Shown here piece after piece: positions 1 to 12,400 of a stretch of 64,000 nucleotides of DNA (positions are counted from its first letter, which is position 1; the number at the start of each line of letters is the position of its first letter). The notes beneath the pieces are model-generated. The model ran no database searches, was not told where the DNA came from, and saw only the letters and a list, made by a program, of their open reading frames with translations. A program made the translations under genes and the position numbers. The stretch is from Macrostomum hystrix. Lineage: Eukaryota > Animalia > Platyhelminthes. The DNA lies in NCBI GenBank assembly GCA_950097015.1, contig CATNEN010000038.1:24738001-24802000 (forward strand). The letters run 5' to 3'.

Positions 1-2
1 AC

Positions 3-3000
3 ACTTTTCTATTATTCGGAATGATCAGCTCTGTGCCGATGATTAGCGACGCCAAAAGTGGGATGCAATTTGAGGTATCAATTGGTCACAATGGTCTCAA
101 CAGCCTGAGCAGCGTGACAAATGCGCAGCCATTTCCTTCAACTTCGTTCTGTGCTAATCCGAAAGAGATTCTGAAAACTCAGCGCATTCTCAGTGGACAC
201 TCTTACTCAACTGTAAAACTAGATAATGGCAAACCTGCCTTTCTAGTCGAGAGCATCTGGGAAGATATTCGCTATCGTATTCACTTCTACAATTTCATTG
301 CTCTCCTAGAAAGCAAGTGGGAGAAGAAGAAGAACCCGATATTAATGAGCTACAAGCTTGGCTTGTCAAGAGTTCGAACACTGACCACGATTCGCGACCT
401 GTGCCACGAGCTGACTCAGTGCATTGAACGGACACCGATTCCTTTCAGTTCGCCCAATGAAGCTGGAATGAATGACATGGACAAGCAGTGGAAAGAAGTT
501 CGAATGCACCAGCTCGAAGGTATATCAAAGAAGCTCACAGCTATGCGCAAGCGAGCAGCAGCATATTTGAATGCCGATACCAGCGTCTCCGAGAAGGCTA
601 GAGCTGCCCGGGTATTGTGCGAGAGGCTATCAGATATTTCTCTTCTATTCGACAATATTAAGAAGGAGCCGCAGCTCAGCATTCCTGACGTCTTCGTCTA
701 CTTGTTGGTGAATAACGAGCGTCGAGCTTATGCTCGTCTGCCAATATCCAGCATCTACTACTGTCAGGCGGATGCTGTCCACGGTCATCCAGTTGATGCC
801 CTCGACAAAAATGAGGACGGATTCACGCGCTATCGAGGCTTACTTACGAATCGAATGATGACGGTCTTTCTGAAAATGATACCCGGCCTGCGTGACATAA
901 ATGAAGACGAATTCTGGCCACTTCCTGGTTTGATTCGCATGAAGCTATTGTTTGGTTTGTCTTCAACTATGCGCAATGGCATTCTACCGCCTGTCGATTA
1001 CTATGGTGTTATCTACGAGTACACCAAGCTAGGTGGCGGTGTGATAGAATCGGTATGTGCCGGCGGTCAGAATAAGGACTCGGTTAATTTCAAAACCGAC
1101 TCCTCTGGCATCAATGTTGTCGAATCATCATGCAGCATGCTCAAACCTAAGCCTACTACAGACCGCGACAATTCAACTTGGCGATGGAGGGGCAACTGGT
1201 CAACGTGGCTTGACAACTCTGTTGTGGTCAATTCGACTGCCGAGACCGCCTTCGACTTTGTCTACATGGTGCACGTGCGCGAAAAAGCGCAGCAAAAGGA
1301 CAGCTCACCCGAGTGGAAGTTCATCGGCTACTTCACTGAGGACATGGATCGCATTGTTGCTGCTGGCAACAAGTTAGACAAAAACTTTGCAATGGACACT
1401 AAAAAGTGGGTAGTGATTCCCACGAAGAATCATATGACTGGTCAGGAGCTTGCCTGGATAGAAGTCACTGGCTCTGATGAGTACTCAAAGGACATTCGCT
1501 TCTCCGAGAAGGACATTACAACAACCGTGCGATTAGACAGCAACTTTTATAGAAAACTACTTCAGAGAAAGCGCAGGCGAAGCGACATGGTTTTTACAGA
1601 GACTATCACACTGACGTACAGCAAGCAGCGCAATGGCAGTTGGAACGTGTCTCGAATATGCCGCTTTGACGGCCGACAAAACATCATGGATCTAGACAAA
1701 AACGCCATTCGTTGTTGGACCCAGATGCAGAATCTGACACCAATGTCCATAGATCTGCCTGATGGGCAGAGCGTGGACGATGTGCTATCAACTGGCGGTG
1801 ATGACGGGCATAAACATGACTCTACTCCCAAATTGAAAACCTTCATCTGGATCGATGACTGGCAACAGCTTATTCTGCCATTGATTACGGAAGATCGCTT
1901 TGTTGATGTGGTTTTCGAACGACGTAAGATAGTTTGTGACATTATAAACACAGAACAAGACGCGACGGAACACATCAGTGACAACATGCAACACTGGGCA
2001 GAATATGGCGCTTCTGTCACTGACGGGATCTTTCATTTGAATCAGCAGAAAGGCGATCGGGTTAAGCGGATCCGCAAGCGCCGTCAGATTGAGCCAGCCA
2101 ACGCCAGCATGAGCTTGCAGTCAACAAAGCGAGACTGCTTCGTCCAGTTAGCCCCGTTCCCGAGTTTTATTGTACAACGCCGAGTAGGCAAGCGGTCTCG
2201 CCTGTGCTGCCTATTCGACAGCATTGAGCACATCCCGACGCCAATCACAGTGACCGCAGTTGTCAACCCTGAGCACATCAGCCGGTGGGAAATGCGCTGT
2301 TACTTTCACGAAGCCCGAGATCTGGTCATTGCGGAGGATCAGCACCAACTGTACGTGTATGCTATTCTCAGCATCTCTGATCAGAGTGCAGCTTCGTCGA
2401 TAATACAGAACGACTTCAATACCCAGCTATGGCGCTGGAATGAAACGATTATTTTTCGCAACCTGATTTACCACGAGCACGAAAATCAGGTGTTCACGTC
2501 GCCTCCAATGATGATTATTGAATTCTTTCGCAAGCTGCCGATTCACAACGATATCTTTCTTGGAAGATGTATAATTGACTGCGAGAATTTTGTGGTACAA
2601 CTGGAAAACGAAAAGCACACAGAGGACCAGCTTCCCGTACTGCAGTGGTACAAGGTGCACCTGAGAGGAATCGAGGATGCTGGCTGCGTTCTTGCAGGAT
2701 TTCACTTCCGCTGCATCAATACATTCCGGCCGTCAAACAAGATTTTCGAGAACTCAGTTTTGACGCCGCCGGAAAAGAACATGCAAGAGCTTTTTAAGAA
2801 AGACCGAGTAGTGTTAGACAACCGTATGAGATTTGAGATACCGGCCGAGATACTGCCTGTACAGGTGCCTCACGTGCTAAAGATCACATCCTGGGGCTTG
2901 CGTGAGCTTCGCAAGTACATGCTATCGAGAGTGGGCAGCCCGAATATCGAATTCAGAATCGGTCACAATGTGCTGCAGACCGAGAGCCTTCGGTATGATA

Positions 3001-6000
3001 AGAGTCCGACCTTTGTAAACAGATCACACTCGCTATTAATGTACCTGCCGCTAGAGGTTTCCTATTTGCCTGAGCTATTCATGGTGGTTAGAGATTCTCG
3101 CTCTTTTGGCCGAGCTCCTCTTATTGGAGTGGCTCGCATTCCATTGCACAAATGCCGCTTGAAAGACCCTACACACTTAAACGAACTTGATTCAGAAGAA
3201 CTAGATTTTTTCATTCACACTCTTAACGGAAATATTCGACCTACGTCAAACTCAGAAAATCGCACCTACATGTCAGTTAAGGCGCCTATTAAAGTGGACT
3301 TCTCGCGCGAGTTCTTCTTTCTGTTTGAGCCGCCGTCTCAGCTTGCTTTTCGGCGAAACGCTCAGAGCGAAGACGAAGGTAATGTTTTCGGTGTCCTCGC
3401 AGATGACAAGAACATTTTTCGCACCATGAAAGCGGTCCTCTGCGACATGTTTCTTTTACCTGTCGGTCAAAAGCCTTCTGTAGAGGTGCAGTCTAGTGAT
3501 AATGACTACAAAATGGTAATTGGAGATGAGACATTATCAAAGACTAAATCGGACTGGTGGTGCAAGTACTATCTGTCTAAAACAAATAGCCTGACGAAGG
3601 CAGTCAGCTATCTGGAAGGTGACAAGCTTGAATTCTACTGTACAACGCTGGAGGACGCAGTGGTGGAAATCGGCGAGGCAAACAGCTTCTTCTATAATCA
3701 AGACCGATTTAAAAGTGTATGCAAACTGTTAAACTATGAACTCTTCGAAGGCGAGAACGATACAGATAACCAAGGCCTCGGTAGCGAACGCAGTCGCGCT
3801 TATGAGGTGCACTACAGCGGCTTCGAGGACGTCTTCGAGGCGAAAAACCTGGTCCGCTGCAACCAGATGACGTCTGACGAAGAAAATCGCTTCTGTGGAA
3901 TCTTCCTCGGCAAAGTCCGACTCTACTATTTGGGCCCCCTGATCGGCCCTCAAGAGAAAGAAGAAGCTATGGAGCAGCTGTACCGTGCCAAGACCCATCA
4001 GCAGTCTCTGATTTATACTCCTCTTTACGGCACTGTGCCGCAGGATGCGAACAGACAGCACTGCTTGGTGCGTGTCTATATTGTCAGAGCCTTAGAGCTT
4101 CAAGCTGGGAATATGTCAAGTCTTCCGAACTCTTATATCGAAGTTTTCTTCTCAGATAACAAGAGCATAATGCAACTCAGCAGTAGCAAGGCCAATTCTA
4201 TCGAGATGGATAGCAACCCCGTGTACGGCCGCATGTTTGAGCTTTACTGTATTTTACCATTCCAAAGTCGTCTTCGTGTACGCATCATGGACAAATCTAC
4301 TTTCTTGTTCGATGAAGAAATCGGCTCTACAACGATAGACTTGGAGAAGCGCGTCACGACTATCTATCGAAGCACATGCGGCCTGCCCCAATGCTACCGT
4401 CAGGCGGGAATCAACGCATGGCGCGACATGGACAAGCCCAGTGACATACTCAATCAGGTGTGCCAACGATTTCACCTTGAAGAGCCGCTCTATTGGACCG
4501 AAAATAATAATACTGATGAATCTTTGGTAGACGAATCGGCAAGGGATGAAATGAAAATGCTCCACAGATACTACATATTTCCACCTGGCTGTCAAAGAGA
4601 AAATTACAAACAGGCTAAGGTCAGTGAGAATACCGAAATCTTCGACGAGAGCTTTTTGCCTACGGGCAACATAAATTCAATATGCATCCAAGGATCGTTA
4701 GAGCCAGAAGTGCCACAGCCGCAAGATCTCGAAGCGAGCTATGCTGTCAATGAAGTGTTTAATCGGCGCAAAAGTCAAAACAGCAACGCTCTGCAGGAGG
4801 AGAGTTCTATGCGCATGACCCACAGTGCCGAAGAAAGCGGTTCTCTCATTGAACGAATCAAAGCCCGCGTAGATCGAGCTGCGCAGCTAAAACCGCAGCC
4901 AACACCGAGCACATTCAGGCTGGAGGATTTCGATACTATAAATGAGATCCGCGGCATTCACTTGGGCCCCAGTGACCTGGAGCCAGAGATTTGCCGCGAA
5001 CGCTTGGCATTGAACATCCTGCGCCGTCTGCCATTGGTGCGCGAGCATGTCGAGACCCGACCGCTTTACAATCCTCTGCAGCCAGACATTGTGCAGGGTC
5101 GCTTAGAGATGTGGGTCGACATCTTCAGTCTCAGCGGCCTAAAAAACAGCGAGGCCGAAGCCGCTAGTAGCGACCAGGCTAAGCAGATTAAGGGGGAAGA
5201 AATGATATCTAAGCTACGCGAATTGCTCCCACCCTCTGTTGATATTGCGCCTCGGAATCCACAGCCCTACGAACTGCGAGTGGTTGTTTGGAGCGTGCAC
5301 GACGTCATTAGTGAGACTGACTATGGCTCCGACTCCTCGGGAGATCTGTACGTTCGCGCCTGGATGGAGGGCCTTGGCGATACGCAGGAAACTGACGTTC
5401 ACTACAACTCTCTCGAGGGCGAGGGCGAGTTCAACTGGCGCTTCATATTCCAGCTGGATTACCTGCCGCACGAGAGAACCATCTGCGGCAAGCAGAAAGT
5501 CAGCCTGTTCAATCGAATTCTAACAAAAATACCGCCGATGCTGCACCTGCAACTGTGGGATAATCGCCGATTTCGATTTGACGACTTTATTGGCAGTGTC
5601 GAGGTTGACTTAGCCAAGCTAGCCACACCGACGCGCACTAAGGACAGCTGCTTCATGCGCAATCGCTGGGGCATGGAACTCGGTCAAACCATGGTTCAGA
5701 ACATGGCGCCAGATGGTAAGACGACTGACACTGTCAACTTGTTTGAAGTGCAGCGCATCTACGGCTACTGGCCCTTGAGTACGTCCAAGTCGCACGATCT
5801 AAGCGACAACAAAGCCGGCTCCTGGATGGTCGGCAAGCTGCTAATGGAGCTGGAAATCTTATCTAAGGAGGAGGCCGCTCTGAAACCGGCTGGTCTCGGA
5901 CGCGGCGAGCCAAATCAGAATCCTCATTTGCCGGATCCCAAGCGACTAGCCATCGGCAATAGCTTTCTGGCTACTTCGTTGGCTGCATTTCGTAAAATCT

Positions 6001-6134
6001 TCTGGCCCAGATATAAATGGTACTGCATTGGTGGGATTCTGATGGTAATATTTGTCGCTCTGTTGGTCGCTGTCGTATTCAGCACGCCGCTAACGACTCT
6101 GACAGGGACGGATTCGAAAATTCCATTTGGCTAA
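3..6134 (+). CDS. Type I ferlin (dysferlin/myoferlin-like), 5'-truncated by the window edge, no intron in this span
   Basis: QFEVSIGHNG just after the C2C position, FerA/FerB region (PQLSIPDVFVYL), Trp-rich nested DysF remnants, C2 domains (VRVYIVRALEL; YELRVVVW...QETDVHYNSLEGEGEFNWRFIF), AGLGRGEPNQNPHLPDPKR and a C-terminal TM helix. The frame stays open upstream of the ATG at 21 (TFLLFG), so 21 is probably not the true start. Confidence 0.93.
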   Translation, partial: TFLLFGMISSVPMISDAKSGMQFEVSIGHNGLNSLSSVTNAQPFPSTSFCANPKEILKTQRILSGHSYSTVKLDNGKPAFLVESIWEDIRYRIHFYNFIALLESKWEKKKNPILMSYKLGLSRVRTLTTIRDLCHELTQCIERTPIPFSSPNEAGMNDMDKQWKEVRMHQLEGISKKLTAMRKRAAAYLNADTSVSEKARAARVLCERLSDISLLFDNIKKEPQLSIPDVFVYLLVNNERRAYARLPISSIYYCQADAVHGHPVDALDKNEDGFTRYRGLLTNRMMTVFLKMIPGLRDINEDEFWPLPGLIRMKLLFGLSSTMRNGILPPVDYYGVIYEYTKLGGGVIESVCAGGQNKDSVNFKTDSSGINVVESSCSMLKPKPTTDRDNSTWRWRGNWSTWLDNSVVVNSTAETAFDFVYMVHVREKAQQKDSSPEWKFIGYFTEDMDRIVAAGNKLDKNFAMDTKKWVVIPTKNHMTGQELAWIEVTGSDEYSKDIRFSEKDITTTVRLDSNFYRKLLQRKRRRSDMVFTETITLTYSKQRNGSWNVSRICRFDGRQNIMDLDKNAIRCWTQMQNLTPMSIDLPDGQSVDDVLSTGGDDGHKHDSTPKLKTFIWIDDWQQLILPLITEDRFVDVVFERRKIVCDIINTEQDATEHISDNMQHWAEYGASVTDGIFHLNQQKGDRVKRIRKRRQIEPANASMSLQSTKRDCFVQLAPFPSFIVQRRVGKRSRLCCLFDSIEHIPTPITVTAVVNPEHISRWEMRCYFHEARDLVIAEDQHQLYVYAILSISDQSAASSIIQNDFNTQLWRWNETIIFRNLIYHEHENQVFTSPPMMIIEFFRKLPIHNDIFLGRCIIDCENFVVQLENEKHTEDQLPVLQWYKVHLRGIEDAGCVLAGFHFRCINTFRPSNKIFENSVLTPPEKNMQELFKKDRVVLDNRMRFEIPAEILPVQVPHVLKITSWGLRELRKYMLSRVGSPNIEFRIGHNVLQTESLRYDKSPTFVNRSHSLLMYLPLEVSYLPELFMVVRDSRSFGRAPLIGVARIPLHKCRLKDPTHLNELDSEELDFFIHTLNGNIRPTSNSENRTYMSVKAPIKVDFSREFFFLFEPPSQLAFRRNAQSEDEGNVFGVLADDKNIFRTMKAVLCDMFLLPVGQKPSVEVQSSDNDYKMVIGDETLSKTKSDWWCKYYLSKTNSLTKAVSYLEGDKLEFYCTTLEDAVVEIGEANSFFYNQDRFKSVCKLLNYELFEGENDTDNQGLGSERSRAYEVHYSGFEDVFEAKNLVRCNQMTSDEENRFCGIFLGKVRLYYLGPLIGPQEKEEAMEQLYRAKTHQQSLIYTPLYGTVPQDANRQHCLVRVYIVRALELQAGNMSSLPNSYIEVFFSDNKSIMQLSSSKANSIEMDSNPVYGRMFELYCILPFQSRLRVRIMDKSTFLFDEEIGSTTIDLEKRVTTIYRSTCGLPQCYRQAGINAWRDMDKPSDILNQVCQRFHLEEPLYWTENNNTDESLVDESARDEMKMLHRYYIFPPGCQRENYKQAKVSENTEIFDESFLPTGNINSICIQGSLEPEVPQPQDLEASYAVNEVFNRRKSQNSNALQEESSMRMTHSAEESGSLIERIKARVDRAAQLKPQPTPSTFRLEDFDTINEIRGIHLGPSDLEPEICRERLALNILRRLPLVREHVETRPLYNPLQPDIVQGRLEMWVDIFSLSGLKNSEAEAASSDQAKQIKGEEMISKLRELLPPSVDIAPRNPQPYELRVVVWSVHDVISETDYGSDSSGDLYVRAWMEGLGDTQETDVHYNSLEGEGEFNWRFIFQLDYLPHERTICGKQKVSLFNRILTKIPPMLHLQLWDNRRFRFDDFIGSVEVDLAKLATPTRTKDSCFMRNRWGMELGQTMVQNMAPDGKTTDTVNLFEVQRIYGYWPLSTSKSHDLSDNKAGSWMVGKLLMELEILSKEEAALKPAGLGRGEPNQNPHLPDPKRLAIGNSFLATSLAAFRKIFWPRYKWYCIGGILMVIFVALLVAVVFSTPLTTLTGTDSKIPFG

Positions 6135-6704
6135 CTATAACTGCAGTGTAAGCTGAACTATTGAACATTGATCATTTGTAACTCACGTCACTGTAGTCAG
6201 TGTGCATTTTAGAATGTCTGAAGGTTAATATTTCATATGTAAATGCCTTATTAGTTAATATAAATATAAAAAAGTAGACAGTTTAAAGCGTATAGAATCA
6301 ACAATAATAGGTACATTACAGTAGACACCATGCAAATTTACTTTTCGTAGTCTTACCCAAGCTAGAATGCCTAAAAATATAAATTGCCATATCATTTGAC
6401 AAATACATTTGCAAAACTCGTCCAATCAAATACTGTGGACCAATCTATACTTGATCACAGCTTCTAATTAAGCTGTCGTAACTATTGAATATGTATTTAA
6501 TTAGCATCGCTTATTTGTGTCATATGCGTTGACCAATGCTGCGAAACACTTGTTATGTATGTGTACCATATTCCTAGATGCAGTTTCAATCGTCACCAAT
6601 CAATTAAGCTATAAATCTGAAATTAAAATTTGTACAACGGTCGATGCGGCAATTGGACTTCATTTAGTTCTCGCCGGAAAGTTTAGCAGTTTCCTTGTCC
6701 AATA

Positions 6705-6995
6705 CCACCTAAGTGGGGCCTCATTCATTTGGGGCAGAGAGAAGGCTTGGGGGGCTTGTCGTGCAATTGACGCCCATTCGGGATAACCTCTAAGGCACTG
6801 AGAGCGTACACTGCCTGGCAATGAGAAAGTCTGGGGCAGATGTACACACCTGTGTGAGTCTGCGTACCGTATCAGTGTGCGTGTGTGCCTGGAGTCAGCG
6901 AAATGGGTAGAATTGCCTCCTTGCTGGCTGCGGGTCTACTGTCACCAAATGATACGCCAATAGTCCGCAGCCCTCATGCCATTATATAATATTAT
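6705..6995 (+). mobile_element. SINE family A, 5'-truncated copy
   Basis: Shares the body (agagaaggcttgggg...gtacactgcctg...atgagaaagt...ggcagatgtacac), the ggctgcgggtc/ccgcagcc 3' hairpin and the (ATT)n-like tail with the copies at 11.65k, 33.3k, 44.6k and 57.2k. Confidence 0.7.
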
Positions 6996-7060
6996 ATATT
7001 CGAGTATATTTGTTTATGGCTTTCCCATTACCGCGGTTAATGCACCCTAAAAAGGGAAAT

Positions 7061-7405
7061 TCATTTTTTGGAATCTACACCTGCAACAGAACTATCATCG
7101 CTATTGGCAGTGCCATTGGAATCGGCTGTGTCGCTAGTTACAGGATTGCCATCGTCCATCAGGTCATCAAGCAAATCGGAGAGCTCTGGAATTAATATTT
7201 GAACAAAACTGCTCGTACATTCAGAACTTGTAAATTCTATCTGTTTCACATATTCAGTTGCGATTTATTCACAATGGATCACCTGGAGGAATGTCGGTGC
7301 TGTCGCATCGCTCTTCATTCGCAGCCGTTGCATCTGCAGTGGCTGCTTCATCCGGCATTTGGGTCGATGCTTCAGTATTTGCTTCGTCCGCAACGTCTCG
7401 CTGGA
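7061..7405 (-). CDS. Two candidate terminal exons (~7283-7405 and 7061-~7185) encoding an acidic low-complexity tail; parent gene uncertain
   Basis: Open frames VQRDVADEANTEASTQMPDEAATADAT... and ELSDLLDDLMDD...VDSKK*, bounded by ttttcag, gtgatc and ttccag splice-like sites. Confidence 0.45.
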
Positions 7406-9471
7406 CTGAAAATACCATAACATAAAACAAGATAGTGTCAAAGTAAAAACATTAAATAGTCAGAAGGAAGACATTGTGTCTAACAGGTAGACTCGCGCAC
7501 ATGTCGGAGTTGAAAACTGTGTTTTACTGCCTTTGATATTTAATGCAAGGACATTTTATTCAAGTTACAAACGAAACCTTGAAAGGATGAAAACATCGAC
7601 TAATAAACATTTTTTACCAGCTTTTCGACAATTTTCGCGAGTCCCCGACATTCGATAACGAACTTCGCCTTTGAACTTCGTATATGACAGCTATTAATAA
7701 CTAACTAAAGTGGTATCAAAATGCACCCGTCGGACGGTACAGAATCGAAAGGACGTACGGTATTGTTCGTGAACTAACTACTCCCCTCAGGAGTTACTGA
7801 AAAGTACATAAATCAGTCTCTGCGAAAGACCTCTACTCTTATACCGCTCAGGCTTCGCAAAACAGGACATTGCTCGTATTACAGCAGGATAGTCGACTCC
7901 TATTTTGAGTGCTATATTTTAAAGTGTCGTAAGCTAGTTCTTCTATCTGGTGGTCATTCATCAATTCCGTCTATTTCAACCGAGACAGAATGCTCTTTAA
8001 TTCTTTGCAGCAAATCCGGCAAAACATGTGGCTTAAAATCAATGGTAAAACCAACACATTTTGGAAAGTGTGGTTGTTAAAATTGATTTCGAGTAATGTT
8101 TAAAAACTGACTAAACTGACGCTTGGGTTTCTTCTATGTTGTTGTCAGTTCTGCCTGTCTTTATTCGTTATAAACGCACAACTGTTCTAGGACTGAAAAC
8201 GATCACGATTTCTCAGTCCTCCTTACGACAGAAATTACCATAGACTTCGTTGTTCCACTGGAAAAATAGAAGACTTGGAAAGACACGAGAAATGCACTTT
8301 TTGTTGATAATTAGCATGGTTTTAGACGCACCTCGGACGCTGAATGCAGACACACTGCTAATTATGAGCAGTGTAAACAGAAGGGACGCTTCGCAGAGTC
8401 TCATGTCGCAGGCTACACAATGCTCAATCCAAACTGACTGACTAAGATAGCGTACAAATCTGTATACTTAGAATTGTTCAGGATCGATTCTTCACTAATA
8501 TGCATATATGTAGACTAGTACGTACTACATAATGTATGTCTAGATATATTACTTGGCTGAGACAGAAACTTGTGTATAGTTGCAGATTTTTATATACCAC
8601 TCTTTATTTGGCTGTACGTCATTGTCCCTCTCGTCAGCATTCGATCCATTCTGATCTGATCTGCATAGATTCCAATACTAACGGCTGTTGTCTATTGCAT
8701 TCAATAGGATCTATCCTCAAATGTGTCCGGCAACAGCTGGTGGATTAAAAAACAAGTCTAGAAAGTCAGTTTGATATAGGAAAAAATGGTCGACCTTGTT
8801 ACAGGCAAGCTGTTGAATGGTTAACTTTCGCGTAGAAATCGCTGTCGCCAAATTAAAATTACATTTTTAAAGCTGTTTCACAGCAGAAACAATTAAAATG
8901 CAACTGCAGAAGCATGACATGAATTGGATTTTAGAAAATTGTTGTAAATGTTTACGAGATTAAATAGCACATAAAAACTGACAGATATCCATGATGTGCA
9001 ACTAATAATGAAGACTTGGAAACTAATAATGTGAAAACTAATGATAAATAACGAGAGTTTTTTAATTCATTAAATCGTCTTTTTTTAATAATAGCATAAC
9101 AAAGCGAAAAGTAAAACAGTTAAACGATGATCGGTGACACGGGTATGATGATAAAATTATTTAAACAACAAATATCTGATGTGTCATGCTTTTTGAAGTT
9201 TTCATAATATCTATATAGCTTTGTTAGTCTAGAAGTGTGTGTGCAAAAACATGTTTATCAGTGATTCCTAAATGACAGAATTATGACAGTTAAACACGTA
9301 AGATTATTAAAAGAAGATAATCTAGTCCGTATCTGTAAAAACGCCAAGTTTAAAAGTAAAAGTATATCGTAAATATTAATTAAGTTTTCATTTGTAAATA
9401 TATATAATTATTACTTAATAACCATATAAAGTAAAGGACAATAATAATATTATTAATATTATTATTATTAA

Positions 9472-12400
9472 TCATCTGCGGCATCTGCAGCAGCACCAGA
9501 TGATGATGATTAAAAATAGCAAGACAGCCTGAACAATGAAAGCAATGGACACAGAGCGCCAAGCTGGGCTGACCAGGTCCATGGCCACACAGCTGCTGTC
9601 TGGCCGGGGCCATGAAGCACTTGCTAGCGGCATGGAGCAGATGTACCGGTGAGAAGCTTGGCAATTTTCGGCCAGAAACTTGCCAGAACTGTACACGACA
9701 CAGTTGCATATGCTTGCACTGCTTTTAGGGGCACAGTTTTGGCCCGGTTCCACAATGCTGCACAGATGGTAGAATGTGTAATAAAAGCTATTGTTTAATA
9801 TTTCTGTGAACGCATATATATTTTTTACTAATAGTTAACTGAATGGATAATTGAAGCGATTCATAAATCATATAGTATTCTGGGGACGCTATGGGTATAG
9901 GGCGGATAGCTCAGTCAGGGCGGATAGCTCAGTCAGTAAGGTGTCGGACTCTGGATCAGATGGTCCTGGGTTCGACTCCCGACCTAGTCTAGAACTATTC
10001 GTGCAGCCCTTGGCAAGCTGCTTTGCCCTGATGTACACACAGTCTACTCAGCTGCAAATGAGTACCGACATTTCGTCGGGTAATAATAATTCCGGCTGGC
10101 GTGGAATAAAGCAGTTCTGTGCGGCAATTCTGTGGGGTTTGGATGCTGCCGATATGTTGGAAAAAATAAATTCCATTGCTGACACGCGGCTGTCAACCGG
10201 TGTCCGAGAGAGCCGGGGAGTACAATAGGTGTGCAGTCCCCACCTGCTAGTGCGCTTGACACACAACACCTGCACTGGCCCTTGGGTCTAGTGTCATTAT
10301 TATTATTATAGGTATAAACATGTAACAGCTATCTTCTTGATTTTCCTTAAAGACATTCTTTGTTTTTTCTTACTTTCATTATTTTACCAGCAGTGGACGC
10401 AGCTTTTAAAACTAGTTGTTTTTATAATTTGATCACTCACTTCAAATATGATGTGGGTTGACATAATCACTCACTGAGGTGTTCTGTAGCCGTTGGTGTA
10501 GGTAAAATTTCGCCCATCGCCAGCAGCGCTGACAATGCCCACCCAGTATCGCAGCAGCGATTCATTTTTACCAAATCTAAAACTCAATAGACTCTCGATG
10601 GACTCTCCGATGTGGTCGTTGATGTAGAGTCCCTGACTGAGCTGACCACCGCCGAGGAATCCACAGGCGGCTTCGCTGGCTGCTTGACTCGTGAGTGCTG
10701 TTGAGGGTCGGTATGGCAGGCCGTAGCAGCTGATGCCGGTGTCAAACCAACCAGCCGGGCACCTGTTTGTTTGTTTTTGTCGGCAAATATGTTTTAATCT
10801 TACATGGTAGATTGAAATTACACCCTGACAGTCCCCCAAGTTAAGCCAGATTAACATATGTCCCTGAACAATGAAATGGTTGGGAGTGAGCGCTCCGAAG
10901 TGGGTCCCGGTCCGGGCGACGTGGACGGGGACGTCCAAGGTGGAGCCTTACGGCGTAAAGGTCCGGAGTCCAGGAGGGAGTGGGAGTTGTTGGAGGGGCA
11001 GCGCAGCGCGCTTCCTTAAATAGTCCTGCAGCACGCCAACCTCGACATTCATCAAAATAACCCACATTCCCGCCGGCCTGTCAACGAGGAATCGGAGCGG
11101 CGATGGGCCACCCCGATTACCCAATGAACCAGCGGCGAGAAACGACAGATGCTCCTTTACGAGCAGCCGCCGGCAGTCGGCCAATAATTGCTACTCCGCC
11201 AGGACAATGGGAAGCGAAGGCGCCGACCTGCCTACAGTGATATTACATGTATCTAAAGGGGAAAGGTCATATAATCGAGCTGGGCTCGGATTACACTAAA
11301 GAAGTGGGGACTTGAAGAATTATTGATCAATTGAAATGCCTGAGTGATTTCCGATATCTGATCGCGGTTTGGAGGGGAATTATGACCTAAACTAGCTCAT
11401 ACAATAAAGTTATGGGCCCGCGATCAGTCATTCCTACAGGGGTCAAGACAGATCCAGGGATCAGAGGGGATCGATGGCTACTTAATTCACCGCCGCCCCA
11501 AACCCGGCCCTAAGATTAATGATTTTGCTTTTGTGGCCAGCTGCTAGTTGGGTCGCGATTTTTAATTTTAATTTTAATTGCTTAAAATTTCGAAAAATTT
11601 TGCTGGCTCACACCCTCACTCGATTCTCGTAGCACACTCCACATCAACAATAATAATAATAATAATAATTGCTGGAGGGCTCCGGGCAATGGCACATTAT
11701 TTAGCAACACTAGACCCGCAGCCAGCGATAGGCAATTCTACCCATTCCGCCCATTTTGACTCCTGAGCACACACGCACACAAATACCGAATGCAGGCACA
11801 CGCTCACACAGGTGTACATCTGCCCTGACTTTCTCATCATATCTGTTGCCTTGGAGGTTGGCCTTCAAGGGCATAAATTACACGACAAGCCCCAAGCCTT
11901 CTCTCCACGGCTGCACCCCAAATAAATGTGGCCTCGCCGCGGAATCAAGCTCAGGGACCGTGCTGCGAGAGGCAAACGCGTTAACCGCTCTGCCTCGATC
12001 ATACCCATCATACCCCATAACATTACAGCTGGAGCGTTGGACTTACTAGAAGGTCCACGTGGTTTCGATTCATGATTAAATTGAAAAGATTTGTGTCTTT
12101 AAGCGAGACAATTAACTACACTGTTGCAGTTCGCCCAGCTGTTAAATGGGTACCAGCATTAGTTGGGGTAATTAAAGGTGGGTGTGGCGTCCCCCAGTCC
12201 ATGGACTGGGCAGCTGTACGCAGCCTTCAGATGCGTCTCGCAATAGCTCCGGCTGTGATTTCTGCTGCACATCCGGCCTGATTGGTGCAGGTGTAATCAA
12301 TACTGGGTCAATGAGAATTGCCCCACACGAATTGCCCGCCGAGATTTGCCCGGCAATTATGGTCGGCAGCACCTTGACTCTTGCAATCTCAGTCCTGCTT

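Noticed and set aside
9918-9990. tRNA genes at the SINE heads (also 18490 and 24075-24148)
   Set aside because: Acceptor stems do not pair properly, and each head continues into a shared SINE body with a simple-repeat tail.
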